64,000 bases of DNA from positions 1,600,001 through 1,664,000 of the forward strand of contig CAVSIV010000006.1 of assembly GCA_963728205.1 (NCBI GenBank), in the 5' to 3' direction. The DNA comes from an uncultured Chloroflexia bacterium (GTDB taxonomy: Bacteria; Chloroflexota; Dehalococcoidia; UBA2979). Shown here piece after piece: positions 1-10,646 of the stretch. Position 1 is the first letter of the stretch; each line of letters opens with the position of its first letter. The position numbers were made by a program, and so were the translations under genes. The notes beneath the pieces were generated by a model. That model searched no databases. It was not told the DNA's origin and was given only the letters and a program-made list of their open reading frames with translations.

Positions 1-483
1 TACACGTGGTTCGACCGCGAACCGGACGGGAGCCGCAGCCCGGGCGAGTTCGAGCGCGTCGCGGGGCTCGTGCGCGCCTTCATCGACGAGGCCACCGAGC
101 GCTACCGCGCCGACCCGGAGCGCACCGCTCTGCTCGGCTTCTCGCAGGGCGGCGGGCTCGCGTATCGGCTGGGTCTCGCGGAGCCCGGACGGTTCGCGGG
201 CGTCGCGGCGCTCAGCACGTGGCTGCCCGAGGAGGCGGTGGCCGCGGCCGACCGCGAGCACCTTGCGTCGCTGCCGGTGCTCGTCCAGCACGGGACGACC
301 GACCCGATGGTGAAGATCGACCGCGGGCGCGACTCGCGCGATCGCCTCCAAGAGCTGGGCGCGCACGTCGAGTACCACGAGTACCCGATGCAGCACCAGA
401 TTGGCCCCGAGAGCCTGCGGGATCTCTCGGAGTGGCTGGAGCGCGTCCTCCGCCTCCCTCCGCCGTCGGTGTTCAACGGCTGA
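1..483 (+). CDS. Phospholipase/carboxylesterase family alpha/beta hydrolase (5'-truncated by window)
   Basis: Frame 1 is open from base 1 (YTWFDREPDG...). GFSQGG nucleophile elbow, HGTTDPMV (Asp) and MQHQI (His). Confidence 0.85.
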   Translation, partial: YTWFDREPDGSRSPGEFERVAGLVRAFIDEATERYRADPERTALLGFSQGGGLAYRLGLAEPGRFAGVAALSTWLPEEAVAAADREHLASLPVLVQHGTTDPMVKIDRGRDSRDRLQELGAHVEYHEYPMQHQIGPESLRDLSEWLERVLRLPPPSVFNG

Positions 484-520
484 TCGCGCAGGGGCGATGG
501 GCCTGCCTTCAAGCGACGCG

Positions 521-560
521 TTATCAAACAAATCGCCTGTTATCCACGAAATGTGGACAA
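521..560. promoter_or_regulatory. Cluster of DnaA-box-like 9-mers
   Basis: TTATCCACG at 540-548 and TGTGGACAA at 552-560 (TTGTCCACA on the minus strand), plus weak TTATCAAAC at 521-529, in an AT-richer intergenic patch. Confidence 0.4.
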
Positions 561-664
561 CCAGCGGCCGATCCGGGTCAATCCGGGCCGATCTCCGCGC
601 GCCGGCGGCCGCTCCCGGTATGCTGCGCGCGACCCGACCCGGGCACGCAGCCAGGAGGAGCGCC

Positions 665-1627
665 GTGACCCAGCAACCGCCGACCGTCGCCGACTACACG
701 TCCGAGATGCGCGCCTGCGCGGAGGCGATCCGCCTCTCGCCGCCGGCGATCGTGCAGCCCGAGGACCGCTGGGCCGAGCTCAACGGCATCCGCTTCCACT
801 ACCTCGACTGGGGCAACCCGGACCTGCCGCACCTCGTGCTGCTGCACGGCGGCAGCCTGACCGCGCATACATGGGACATGTCGGCGCTGATGCTGCGCGA
901 CCGCTACCACGTGGTCGCGCTCGACCAGCGCGGGCACGGCGACACCGGCTGGACGCCGGACGACCGGATCGGCGCCGACAACGGCGACCTGATGCTGGAC
1001 GACACCGCCGCGTTCCTGGAGCACCTCGGGTACGACCACGTGGTGCTCTGCGGGATGTCGATGGGCGGGATGAATGCGATCCGCTACGCGGCGCGCCACC
1101 CCGAGCGGCTCGACGCGCTGGTGATCGTCGACATCGGCCCCGTGACGATGCAACAGGGCCTGATCGAGATGGAGCAGTTCCGCCACGAGACGGAGACGAT
1201 GCGGCGCTTTGAGGACTTCCTCGACCGCGCGGTGAAGTTCAATCCGCAGCGGCGGCCGGAGCACCTGCAGTACTCGCTGCTGCACTCGCTGAAGCAGGTC
1301 GACGACGGGTGGACGTGGAAGCAGGACCACCGTCGCCGCCCGCAGATGGAGGGCCTGAGCGAGGAGCAGATGAAGGCGGCGCGCGAGCAGCGCGCGGCGC
1401 AGATGTGGTCGGACCTCGAGGCAATTCAGCTGCCGACGCTGCTGATGCGCGGAGAGATCGGCAAGATCCTCTCGCCGCAGGCGGCGCGCGAGGTGGTGAG
1501 CCGGATGACGGACTGCGAGTACGTGGTGATCCCGGGCGCCGGCCACTCGGTGCAGGGCGACAACCCGCGCGACTTCGCACGCGCGCTGAACGCGTTCGCG
1601 ACGCGGCGGTTGCGGCGCGCAGACTGA
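665..1627 (+). CDS. Alpha/beta fold hydrolase
   Basis: AGGAGGAG RBS before GTG 665. LLHGG, ALDQRGHG, GMSMGG and AGHSV motifs. Confidence 0.9.
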   Translation: MTQQPPTVADYTSEMRACAEAIRLSPPAIVQPEDRWAELNGIRFHYLDWGNPDLPHLVLLHGGSLTAHTWDMSALMLRDRYHVVALDQRGHGDTGWTPDDRIGADNGDLMLDDTAAFLEHLGYDHVVLCGMSMGGMNAIRYAARHPERLDALVIVDIGPVTMQQGLIEMEQFRHETETMRRFEDFLDRAVKFNPQRRPEHLQYSLLHSLKQVDDGWTWKQDHRRRPQMEGLSEEQMKAAREQRAAQMWSDLEAIQLPTLLMRGEIGKILSPQAAREVVSRMTDCEYVVIPGAGHSVQGDNPRDFARALNAFATRRLRRAD

Positions 1628-1634
1628 CGGCGCG

Positions 1635-1655
1635 CGGCGGGCTTCAGGCCCGCCG
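1635..1655. repeat. REP-like family B palindrome (consensus CACGGCRGGCCTGAAGCCYGCCGCGC)
   Basis: CGGCGGGCTTCAGGCCCGCCG. Related copies at ~11661, 17376, 17420 and 63973. Confidence 0.65.
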
Positions 1656-1676
1656 TGCATGTCGTGAACCTCGCGT

Positions 1677-1808
1677 CAAGCGGCGGCAGACATGCCGCCG
1701 ACAGATCGCGGCCGGACGGGCCGCGTTGACATCGGCGGCGTATCTGCCGCCGACAGATCGCGGCCGGACGGGCCGCGTTGACATCGGCGGCGTATCTGCC
1801 GCCGCTTG
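1677..1808. repeat. REP family A inverted doublet with internal 52-bp duplication
   Basis: CAAGCGGCGGCAGACATGCCGCCGA...TCGGCGGCGTATCTGCCGCCGCTTG. The spacer block repeats at 1701 and 1753. Lies between convergent genes. Confidence 0.9.
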
Positions 1809-1834
1809 CGGCGACCTTTCGGGGGGCCGCGCCG

Positions 1835-4367
1835 TCAGTCGTCGTGGCCGAGGCCGGCCGTCTCCTCGCTCCACACCACGCCCTGCGCGCGCAGGCGCGC
1901 GATCGCGTCGGCGTCGTAGCCGAGCTCCGTGAGGATCGCGTCCGTGTGCTCGCCGGCGAGGCAGGCGGGGCCGAGCACGCCCGGCGTGCGGTGCAGTCGC
2001 GCGAGCGCGCCGTGGCGGCGGATGTCGCCCCAGCGCGCGTGGTGGACGGGGGCCGTCAGCTCGAGGATGTCGAGCTTCGCGTGCTCGTCGTCGAGCCAGA
2101 ACTCGCCCGGCATCGGGCCGTCCGCGCGCACGCAGCCGAGCCCGGCGACGGTGAGGAAGCGCTCCCAGTAGTCCGCGGTCTCAGTGGCGAAGAGATCCGA
2201 GAGCAGCGCCTCGAGCGCCGCGCGATTCTCGGTGCGTGCCTCGCGCGAGTTGAAGCGCAGGTCCGTCACGAGATCGGGCGCGTCGATGCGGGTGCAGAAC
2301 GCGCGCCATTCCTTCTCGAGCACCAGCGCGAGGAACACCCAGCCCTCCTTGCACCGGTACAGGCGGTAGAGCGGGCCGGTCCCGTAGAGGTCGCCGTCGG
2401 GGATCTCGCGCTCGGGCATGTCCTCGAAGCGGAGGAAGTTGTCGGAGTTCGCGTAGGCGTTCGCGCCGAGCATGTCGACGAACACCTGCTGCCCCACGCC
2501 GTGGCGGTGGCGCGCGTAGAGCCCGAGCATCGCCGCGGTCGTGACGACCATCGCCGTGTTCGGGTCGGGGTTCACCTCGTTCGCGCGCGATAGGCGCCGT
2601 GCCGCCTCGCGCGTCTCCTCCATGCTGCCGAGCGTCGTCGGCGGAAAGCCCTCGCCGACCTGGAACATCGCCCCGCCGGCGCCCGCGCCCGCGATCGGGT
2701 GCGTCGACGGCCGGTGCGCGCTCGGGCCCTCCTGCCCGTAGCCGTTCATCGCCACGTAGACGATGTCGGGCTTGATCGACTTCGCCTGGTCGTAGCCGAT
2801 GCCCAGCCGCTCGGGCACGCCCGGACGGTAGTTGTGGACGATCATGTCGGCCTGCGCGATCAGCTGGTGGACGATCGCCTGGCCGTGCTCGCTCTTCAGG
2901 TCGACGGCGATGCTCTCCTTGCCGGCGTTCGTGCGCGTCGCGCCGATGCCGCCGCCCATGCCGCGGTACGGGTCGCCGCCGATCGGCTCGACCTTGATCA
3001 CCCGCGCGCCGAGGTCCGCGAGGCCGGCGGTCCCGAGCGGCGTCGCGATGATCGTCGCGAACTCGAGCACCGTGAACCCGTCGAGCGCCGGCGCGAAGTC
3101 GGGCCCCGCCTCCTTCACGCTCGTGTCGAAGGGCTGCCGCGGCGTCTCCAGCACCTCGAACGTGTGCTGGCCGACCTCCGGGCCGGGGCCGCCGGGGCTG
3201 CCGGGCGTCTCGGTGAGGCGCGCGACCAGCCCGAGCTGCTTCATCGTCATCGGATCGCGCCGCTCGCTGACGAGGCCGAGGACCGTGTCCGCGATCGAGC
3301 TCTCGGCCTTCAGCTTGAGGTGGCGGCGCGGGTCGGAGACGTCGACGACGTGGCCGTTCATCACGAGGTCGGGGTCGTCGATCGCCTCCTGCGTCGTCTG
3401 GAACACGTGCGCCGCGACACCGCCGTGCGCCTGGAAGGTCTCCATCCACTCGTCGGCGGTCTTCTCGCGCATGCGCTCGAGCATGCGGTCGCGGAACGCC
3501 TCGCGGGCCTCCACCGGCCACATGGCAGGCGAGCCGACGCAGCGCTCGTCGGCGTAGACGTCGAGCAGGTCGGCCGCGGCGAGGAAGTTGTCGAAGAGGT
3601 GCTGCAGCAGGTTGCCGAGCTGGATTCCAGCGCCCGTCCTTCGCCTGGACGGGGTGGTAGTTGATGGTGGGCATGCGGTCGGCGGTGAGAAGCGGGTCGG
3701 CGCCGAACGCCTGCGGGTGGCTGCGCACGAGCTGCGAGCGGATGAGCCCGCCCATGTCGTAGGCCATGATCGCGCGCAGCAGGCTCGTCTCGATGTACTC
3801 GCCGTAGCCGACGCGGTCGCGCGCGATCAGGCCCGCGAGGATGCCGGCGACGGTCGACTGCGCGGCCGCGTGCGAGGCCACCTGTACCGCCGCGAAGCCC
3901 GGCCCCTCGCGCGGGGCGAGCCCCTCGAAGGCGCGCATGCGGCCCGACTTCGCGGCGACGATGCCCTCGTAGCCCGGGTAGCCGACGTACGGCCCGTACG
4001 GCCCGAACCCCGAGATGTGGCAGTAGACGATGCCGGGGTTCTGGTACGAGAGCACGTCGTAGTCGCAGCCGAGCGCGACGTCCTCGTGGGCGCGGAAGCT
4101 GGTGACGACGACGTCGGCGGTCTTCACGAGCGCGTAGAGGCGGTGGCGCTCGACCTCGCGCTTGAGGTCGAGCTCGACGGAGCGCTTGCCGCGCAGCCAC
4201 AGGGGCGCGTTGGTGAGGAAGCGGAACGGGTCGCCGTGCGGGCGCTCGACCTTGATCACGTCGGCGCCGAAGTCGGCGAGGATCATGGTGGCGATCCCGC
4301 CGACCGGGCCGCTGGAGAGGTCGACGACGCGGATGTCGGTGAGGGGACCCTGGCGGGGCTCGGCCAC
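1835..4367 (-). CDS. Double-domain CaiB/BaiF family III CoA-transferase (one apparent +1 frameshift near 3626)
   Basis: GAAGGAG RBS before GTG 4367. Both halves carry L(A)D(F/L)GA.VIKVE. Removing one base in GGATTCC joins ORFs 2181..4550 and 1835..3523 (GRW-IQLGNLLQHLF). Confidence 0.85.
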
Positions 4368-4495
4368 GGTGCGCTCCTTCGGCGTGCGTGGGATGGGCGG
4401 CCCGGCGCCGGGGCGGCGGGCACGGTGCATGGTATGGGAGCGAGCGGCCGCGTCCAGTCCGTGGCCGGCGCGCGGCCGGGCGCGCCAGTGCGTGG

Positions 4496-4602
4496 CAAGC
4501 GGCGGCAGCATGCCGCCGATGTTCACGCGGGCGCGGCACCCGCGATCCACAGCGGCGGCACGCGGGCCGCCGACCGTATCGGCGGCATGCTGCCGCCGCT
4601 TG
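4496..4602. repeat. REP family A inverted doublet (short-loop variant, degenerate third arm in the middle)
   Basis: CAAGCGGCGGCAGCATGCCGCCGAT ... ATCGGCGGCATGCTGCCGCCGCTTG. Confidence 0.85.
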
Positions 4603-4625
4603 CCACGCCGGCCGGGGGACTTCGG

Positions 4626-5676
4626 TCAGCGGACCGCCGTCACCATCTCGTCGCCGGGCGTCTGGCCGGCGGCGATGCCGATCGCGCGGGTGCGCGCCGC
4701 GAAGTCGCCGAGTGTCGCCGGCAACTCGCCGCGCGCGGTGAGCGCGCGGTGCTCGCGGCGCGCGAGCACGCCGGGATGCGCGGTCGCGCGGACGTCGGCG
4801 AAGCCGGCGTCGCGCAGCGCGGCGACGAGCCACGCGGTCGTCCAGCGGTGCAGCTGCGACGACGAGCGAGCGGCGCGCGAACCGGGCGAGCCGCTCGAGC
4901 AGCGCCGCGCCGAGCGGCGACCCCGGCTCGAGCAGCGACTCGCCGAACGCGAGCGGCGCGCCGGCGGCCGCGACGAGCGCGTCGCGGTGGAGCGCCGCCG
5001 CATCGCCGTCCGGCGGGACCTCGAGGAGGTAGCGCCGCTCGAGCGCCGGCTCGCGGACGCGCCGCGAGTAGACGTAGAGCAACCCGCGCGTGCCCTGCCA
5101 GAGCGACACCGTCTCCACCTCCGGCGCCGGGAGGCGCCACACCTGGTACGACGCCCGCAACACGCCGCCCCGACGCAGCACGCGCCGGATCTCGCGGAAC
5201 GCCGCCGCCGGGTCCGCCGCCTCCTCGAGCGACGACGCGGCGGTGACGAGGTCGACCGATCCGCCGGCGAGCGGCAGCGCGCCGCCGTCGCCGGCGGCGA
5301 AGGCGGCGTTCGCGAGCGCGAGGCGTCGCGCGTTCGCGCGGCACACGCGCACGCGGCGCGGCGAGGGATCGACGCCGAGCACGCGCGTGCACGGCAGGGC
5401 CGCCGCCAGCGGCAGCGCGGGCCATCCGTCGCCCGGGCCGAAGTCGACGACGCGCGTGCCGCCGGCCGGCAGGTGCGCGGCGTAGTCGGCCACGCGCGCA
5501 GCCTCGGCCCAGTGCTCCTCGCTGCGCGCGTCGTAGGGGACGTCGATGAACGGCACGTTGCCGCTGCGCTGGAGCGGCAACAGTTCGTAGAGGCCGCGCG
5601 CGGAGTCGAGCGCGCGCGGTGGGGCGAGGCGGCGCCAGAGCGACTCGAGCGGGGTGAGCGGCAGGTCACCGTTCAT
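4626..5676 (-). CDS. Class I SAM-dependent methyltransferase (frameshift near 4857)
   Basis: VVDFGPGDG, GVDPS, GDGGALPL..GSVDLV and EIRRVLRRGG motifs. The C-terminus continues in the 4626..5669 frame (LHRWTTAWL...). Confidence 0.8.
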
Positions 5677-5762
5677 GCCGGGAGCGTACCGGCGGTTCGG
5701 CGGCGGATCGAACAGATGATCGGCTAGTGCGAACCGCCCTCGGACGGTTCACCATCGCCGGC

Positions 5763-7070
5763 ATGAGCCAGCAACGCGGGGAAGGCCGCCCCCCGAACCG
5801 CCCGCCTGAGATCACCGATCGCCAGCGCGAGGTCGCGCGCCTGGTCGCCGCCGGTTATACGAACGAGCGCATCGCGGACACGCTGGGGATCAGCCTCGCT
5901 GGCGCGAAATACCACGTGTCGGAGTTGCTCTCCCGCCTGGGTCTCAGTCGACGTGATGAGATCGGTGACTGGTACAGGTCACATGCGGTCGGGCGCCGCC
6001 TGAGCGTGGCTGGTTGGTGGATCGGGACGACCACGGTGCGGCGCCTGTCGATCATCGCCGCAGTCGCGGTGGTTGGATCGTGCTCGTGATCGCCGGAGCG
6101 GCGCGTGGTTCGATTGGCTGGCACGGGTCGAACTGCCCCAGACCATGCCGCTGACCAAACCGAACCGGACAGCGCGTACCGCGTCTATACCGCGCAGGAA
6201 CTGCGCGCGCGCGGGATGGTCGATATGGGGCGGCTGTTCGCGTCGCCGGAGCCGATCGAGGCATCGATTCGGGTCGACCTCGTTGCCGTGCGCATTCATG
6301 GACGCGCATCCATCGTCCTGCACAATGGCGTCGTCGACTGGGTCGAGAATGGCTGCTGCACAGCGCTCGGCCTCCATACGGACGACGCGCGCGACGAGGT
6401 GGCCATCACTATCTCCAAGGGCGGTGGCTTTCCAACGCAAGCGGCTGCGGAGATCGACCCGGACCCAGGCGCGCTTGCAGTGATGCCCGCCGCCGGGCGG
6501 CAAGATGCGAGGTCGGCATCGATGCACGACGCGGCGGCCCGCCAATCTACTCGCTCGCGATCGCAGTGGACGGGCGCGGCAACCTCTATGTCGGTCGTGC
6601 GCCAATTGCGGTAACCGCGCCGTTCGAGCAGTTCACGGGCGCGCACCTGGACGTCGAGTGCGACACGTCGCCTGGGGCTCGCAGGTGGGCCAGGACCGAC
6701 GACCTTCCTCCCGCCACTCACACGGACGGCCTGCATCGGCCAGCCAGCTTGCGAGTGTGGCTGCGCACGGCCTCGGTGCTCGCGCCGATCTCAGGAACAC
6801 TGGTGTGCGACGCAGATGGGGGTATTCGAGTTGACCGACACGGACCTGACCCTGCGCCTGTCATTGACATCGTTCTATGGCGAACGGGTGGCGTGCGAAG
6901 GCAGAGACGCGCCGTCCGACTGGGGGATCAGCTCGACGGCGACGGGGCGGTGGTTAGGATCCAGCTAGTCATCGGCGACGGGGCGGGCGCTCGACGTCGC
7001 GAGTGGCCCCGACGGAACGTTGTTCGCGGGGCAATCGAGTCGACGCCGGTTGCCCGTGCCACGGATACCA
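5763..7070 (+). CDS. LuxR-type HTH + transmembrane helix + long unknown C-terminal region; fragmented across frames, end uncertain
   Basis: ITDRQREVARLVAAGYTNERIADTLGISLAGAKYHVSELLSRLG, then hydrophobic LSIIAAVAVVG. Coding-like sequence continues in ORFs 6105..6614 and 6566+. GC is lower than in the flanks. Confidence 0.6.
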
Positions 7071-7096
7071 GTGAGGGGCGCCCGCGCGCCCCTCAC
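7071..7096. terminator. Hairpin between convergent genes
   Basis: 11-bp stem GTGAGGGGCGC/GCGCCCCTCAC with no U-tail. Confidence 0.5.
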
Positions 7097-7120
7097 CTCG
7101 TGCTTCGCGGCAGTCTCGGT

Positions 7121-7540
7121 CTAGTCGACGCGCGCGGTCGCGCTCCCGGTGACCACGGCCTTGCCGTCCTGGTTCACCGTCTCGAGGTCGAGGTCGACGA
7201 GCTTCTGGCCGCCCTCCTCGCGCACCTCCTTGACCGTCGCCTTCGCGGTGAGCGTGTCGCCGGGGAAGACCTGCGAGACGAAGCGCACGCCGAACTTCGT
7301 GAGGCGGCCGTCGCCGACCCAGTTCGTCAGCATCGTGCCGGTCAGGCCCATCGTGAGCATGCCGTGCGCGAAGACGGTCGGGTAGCCGGCGACCTTCGTC
7401 GCGAAGACCTCGTCCGAGTGCAGCGGGTTGTAGTCGCCGGAGGCGCCGGCGTACTGGACGATCTGGGTGCGGCTGAGGTCGGTCACGACCACGGCCTCGT
7501 GGGTGTCGCCGGGCTTGAGGTCGCTTGCCTTGAGTGCCAT
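7121..7540 (-). CDS. MaoC family (R)-hydratase
   Basis: Hydratase motif YAGASGDYNPLH and AHGM; AAGGGAG RBS. Confidence 0.92.
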   Translation of the reverse strand: MALKASDLKPGDTHEAVVVTDLSRTQIVQYAGASGDYNPLHSDEVFATKVAGYPTVFAHGMLTMGLTGTMLTNWVGDGRLTKFGVRFVSQVFPGDTLTAKATVKEVREEGGQKLVDLDLETVNQDGKAVVTGSATARVD

Positions 7541-7553
7541 CGCGGTGTCTCCC

Positions 7554-8066
7554 TTAGCCCTGCTGCACCGGGCGCTCGGTGCGCACGCCGACGGAACGGG
7601 CGGTGATCACGAGCTCGTTGTTCTGGTCGTAGTACTCGGTGATCGACTCGCTGAAGTGGAGCTTGCCGGCGCGGCGCCCCTCGGCCTCCCACGTCTTGCC
7701 GGGCTTGTTCACGGCGTGCAGGACGTCGCCCGGGCGCAGCTGCCGGTGGTACTCGTAGTGCTGCTCGGCGTGCAGCCCGGTGCCGCCGCCGCCACCCCGG
7801 CCCTCCGCCGGCGCCTCGGGCTCGGGCGCGTTCGAGCCGCTCGGGTTCTTGCCGGAGCCGAACCAGCGCTCGCCGATCTTCGGACGCAGGAAGTAGTCGG
7901 CGTCGAACTGGGCGCTCGCCTGGACGAAGGTCGGCGGGGCGATCATCCCGCCGGGCTCCGTCTGCTTCGCCGCCTCTTCGTCGTAGTAGATCGGGTTCGT
8001 GTCCCCGACCGCGCGGGCGAACATCATGATGTGGCTCGCCTCGACCGGGAATCGCTCGACTGACAT
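7554..8066 (-). CDS. MaoC-like N-terminal (FAS1-type hot-dog) dehydratase subunit
   Basis: FARAVGDTNPIYYD, IAPPTF and LHAEQHYEYHRQLRPGD; GAGGAG RBS. Confidence 0.9.
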   Translation of the reverse strand: MSVERFPVEASHIMMFARAVGDTNPIYYDEEAAKQTEPGGMIAPPTFVQASAQFDADYFLRPKIGERWFGSGKNPSGSNAPEPEAPAEGRGGGGGTGLHAEQHYEYHRQLRPGDVLHAVNKPGKTWEAEGRRAGKLHFSESITEYYDQNNELVITARSVGVRTERPVQQG

Positions 8067-8302
8067 CGTTTCTCCTCGCTACCGGTCGGGAATCGCCGCC
8101 GGGACGGCCGCGATTCCCTCCCTATCTGCCTGCGCTCGCTCCGCTGACGCTTCGCTCGCTCCGGCGAGCGCGAGGCCGGCGCGAGGGAGCGGCTCGTTGG
8201 TCCTGGGGCGCGCGGATTCTAGCAGCGAACGCGCCGCCGGCGAGCGCGGGGCGATGCGCCCCGCATTCGCCGCCGAGCGCGCTGCGCACCGCCGGCGGGC
8301 GG

Positions 8303-9439
8303 CTACAGGCGCTCCGCCACTTCACGGGCGAGCGGGAGCGACGCGGTCAGGCCCGGCGACTCGATGCCGCCGAGGTGCACGTACCCGCGGTCCTCCCAGA
8401 TCACGAAGTCGACGAGGCCCTCGCCCGGCGCCTGGACCTTCGGGCGGTACCCGACCTGGCCGGGGGCGATGTCCTCGTCGCGCAGCGCGGGGAGGAAGCG
8501 GCGGCCGGAGGCGAGGAACGTCGCGCGGGCGCTGTCGTCGTTGCGGTAGTCGAGCGGCGTGTCGGCGTCGATCCACTCCATCGACGGGCCGAGGTGCGCG
8601 CCGCCCTCCGCGTCGACGGTGAGGTGGAGGCCGAGGCCGCCGGCGGCGTGGTCGGGCAGCGGGTAGATCGGCCGCGAGACGAGGCGGGCGACGGCCGGGT
8701 TCACGATGTCGTAGTAGCGGCCGCGGTTCACCCACTGGCGCAGGCGCGGCACGCCCTCGCCGCCGTCGAGCGGGTAGCCGAGCGCCGCGGCGACGTCGGC
8801 GGCGCGCAGGCCGGCGGCGTTCACGAGCGCGGCGCAGCGGAGCGTTGCCGCGCCGCCGTCGGGGTCGCGCACGGCGAGCGCGAAGCCGCCGGCGACGCGC
8901 TCGGCGCCGCGCAGCTCGTGGCGGTAGGCGAAGAGCGCGCCGTGCGCTCGCGCCTCGGCCTCGAGCGAGCGCGCGTAGGCGAAGTTGTCGACCACGCCCG
9001 TCGACGGCGAGTAGACGGCTTCCACGATCGGCACGTGCGGCTCGAGCGCGCGCGCGCGCTTGCCGGTCAGCCGCTCGATGCCGGGCACGCCGTTCGCCGA
9101 CGCCTGCGCGAAGACGGCGTCCAGGCCGTCGCGCTCGTCCTCCGCCAGCGCCACGATCAGCTTGCCGGTCTGCCGCGCGAGCACGTCGTGATCGCGCGCC
9201 CAGCGCCACAGCGCGGCGTTGCCCTCGATGCAGAGTCGGTGCTTCAGCGAGCCGGTCTCGTAGTAGATGCCGGCGTGCACGACGCCGCTGTTGTGTGAAC
9301 TGGTCTCGCGCGCGATGCCGTCATGGCGCTCGATCACGAGCACGCTGCGGTCGCGGGACAGCCGCTCGGCGACGGCGAGCCCGACCACGCCGGCGCCGAT
9401 CACCACCACTTCGGCGTCGAGGCCGGCCGCGGTTGTCAT
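8303..9439 (-). CDS. FAD-dependent oxidoreductase, L-2-hydroxyglutarate oxidase (LhgO-like) family
   Basis: GAGVVG, ETSSHNSGVVHAGIYY and GIESPGLTAS motifs. Confidence 0.88.
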   Translation of the reverse strand: MTTAAGLDAEVVVIGAGVVGLAVAERLSRDRSVLVIERHDGIARETSSHNSGVVHAGIYYETGSLKHRLCIEGNAALWRWARDHDVLARQTGKLIVALAEDERDGLDAVFAQASANGVPGIERLTGKRARALEPHVPIVEAVYSPSTGVVDNFAYARSLEAEARAHGALFAYRHELRGAERVAGGFALAVRDPDGGAATLRCAALVNAAGLRAADVAAALGYPLDGGEGVPRLRQWVNRGRYYDIVNPAVARLVSRPIYPLPDHAAGGLGLHLTVDAEGGAHLGPSMEWIDADTPLDYRNDDSARATFLASGRRFLPALRDEDIAPGQVGYRPKVQAPGEGLVDFVIWEDRGYVHLGGIESPGLTASLPLAREVAERL

Positions 9440-9452
9440 GGACGGTCCTCGT

Positions 9453-9533
9453 CAAGCGGCGGCAGACACGCCGCCGATGCGAACGCGCGGCCCGTGGGCC
9501 GCGCACCTGTCGGCGGCATCTCTGCCGCCGCTT
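9453..9533. repeat. REP family A inverted doublet
   Basis: CAAGCGGCGGCAGACACGCCGCCGAT + hairpin spacer CGCGGCCCGTGGGCCGCG + GTCGGCGGCATCTCTGCCGCCGCTT. Confidence 0.9.
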
Positions 9534-9553
9534 TGGGGGCGCCGCGCGCCGCC

Positions 9554-10528
9554 CTAGGCCCTGCCGATCTCGCCGTTCGCCGCCACGATCACGTGATCGC
9601 CGCGGAAGTCGTCGAGCCGCGCGCCGGCGACCACGAGCGCGTCGCGCAGGTTCGAGTTCCGCACGATCGCGCCGTCGCCGATCACGACGTTCGGGCCGAG
9701 CACGGAGCCCGCGATCACCGCCGCGCGTCCGATCAGCACCGGGTCCTTGATCTCGGTCTGCTCGGCGACGACCTTGCGGCCTTCGTGCCAGCGCTCCTCG
9801 GCGAGCAGCTCGCCCTGCGTCGCGAGCAGGCTACCGATCGCACCGACGTCGAGCCACCGGCCGTCGAACCGCCGGCCGCCGATCGTCGCGCCGTCCTTCA
9901 GCATCTCGGCGATCGTCGCGGAGAGGTCGACCTCGCCCTTCGCGTTGATGAAGGGGCGGTCGCGCAGCCGCTCGATCACCGCGGGCGTGAGCATCCAGAC
10001 CCCGCAGAGCGCGAGGTCCGACCGCGGCTCCTGCGGCTTCTCCTCGAGGTCGACGACGCGGTCGCCTTCGAGGATCGCGATGCCCATCTCGCGCGGGCGG
10101 TCCGTGGGGTGGAGGGTGAGCCAGGCGGCGACGTCGGACGCGACGAACGCGTCGACCTGCGAGCGGAGGTCGCCGCGCAGCAGCGCGTCGACGGCGAGCA
10201 CGACGACCTTGCGACCGGCGAGCGGCGGGCCGGCGCAGAGGACCGCGTCGCCGGAGCCGCGCGGCTCGGGCTGCACGGCGACGTGCACGGTGACGCCGTC
10301 GGGGGCGTGCTCCTTCGCCGTCGGCCCGGTCTGCGCGTCGTTGCCGGCGACGACCACGACAATCTCGCGGATGCCGGCCTCGGCGAGGAGGTCGAGCCCG
10401 TAAGCGATGAGCGGGCGGTTGAGGATGGGGACGAGCGCCTTGGGCAGCTCGTTCGTGAGCGGTCGCAGCCGAGTGCCGAGGCCGCCGGTCAGGATTACGC
10501 CCAGTGGTTCGTCAGTCTGCGCGGTCAG
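9554..10528 (-). CDS. Sugar-phosphate nucleotidyltransferase (G1P thymidylyltransferase-like, C-terminal LbH); probable CTG start
   Basis: The frame extends upstream of ORF 10357 to LTAQTDEPLGVILTGGLGTRLRPLTNELPKALVP. QPEPRGSGDAV, LEEKP and WLDVG motifs. Confidence 0.85.
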   Translation of the reverse strand: MTAQTDEPLGVILTGGLGTRLRPLTNELPKALVPILNRPLIAYGLDLLAEAGIREIVVVVAGNDAQTGPTAKEHAPDGVTVHVAVQPEPRGSGDAVLCAGPPLAGRKVVVLAVDALLRGDLRSQVDAFVASDVAAWLTLHPTDRPREMGIAILEGDRVVDLEEKPQEPRSDLALCGVWMLTPAVIERLRDRPFINAKGEVDLSATIAEMLKDGATIGGRRFDGRWLDVGAIGSLLATQGELLAEERWHEGRKVVAEQTEIKDPVLIGRAAVIAGSVLGPNVVIGDGAIVRNSNLRDALVVAGARLDDFRGDHVIVAANGEIGRA

Positions 10529-10646
10529 CGGGGGCCCCCTTCATCCCGGGTAGTTCCGACCTGCTTCAAGGGTACGAGCCCGGCGAAACCGCGCCGCGGC
10601 GCACCCTGTGCAGACCGGCCTTCTCCGACTGCGTAGCATGGCTTTG

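Noticed and set aside
8070-8300. Hairpin-rich intergenic region sharing short words with 47620-47790 and 15640-15690
   Set aside because: The matches are only 12-18 nt of GC-rich sequence. I could not define a consensus or an ncRNA fold.
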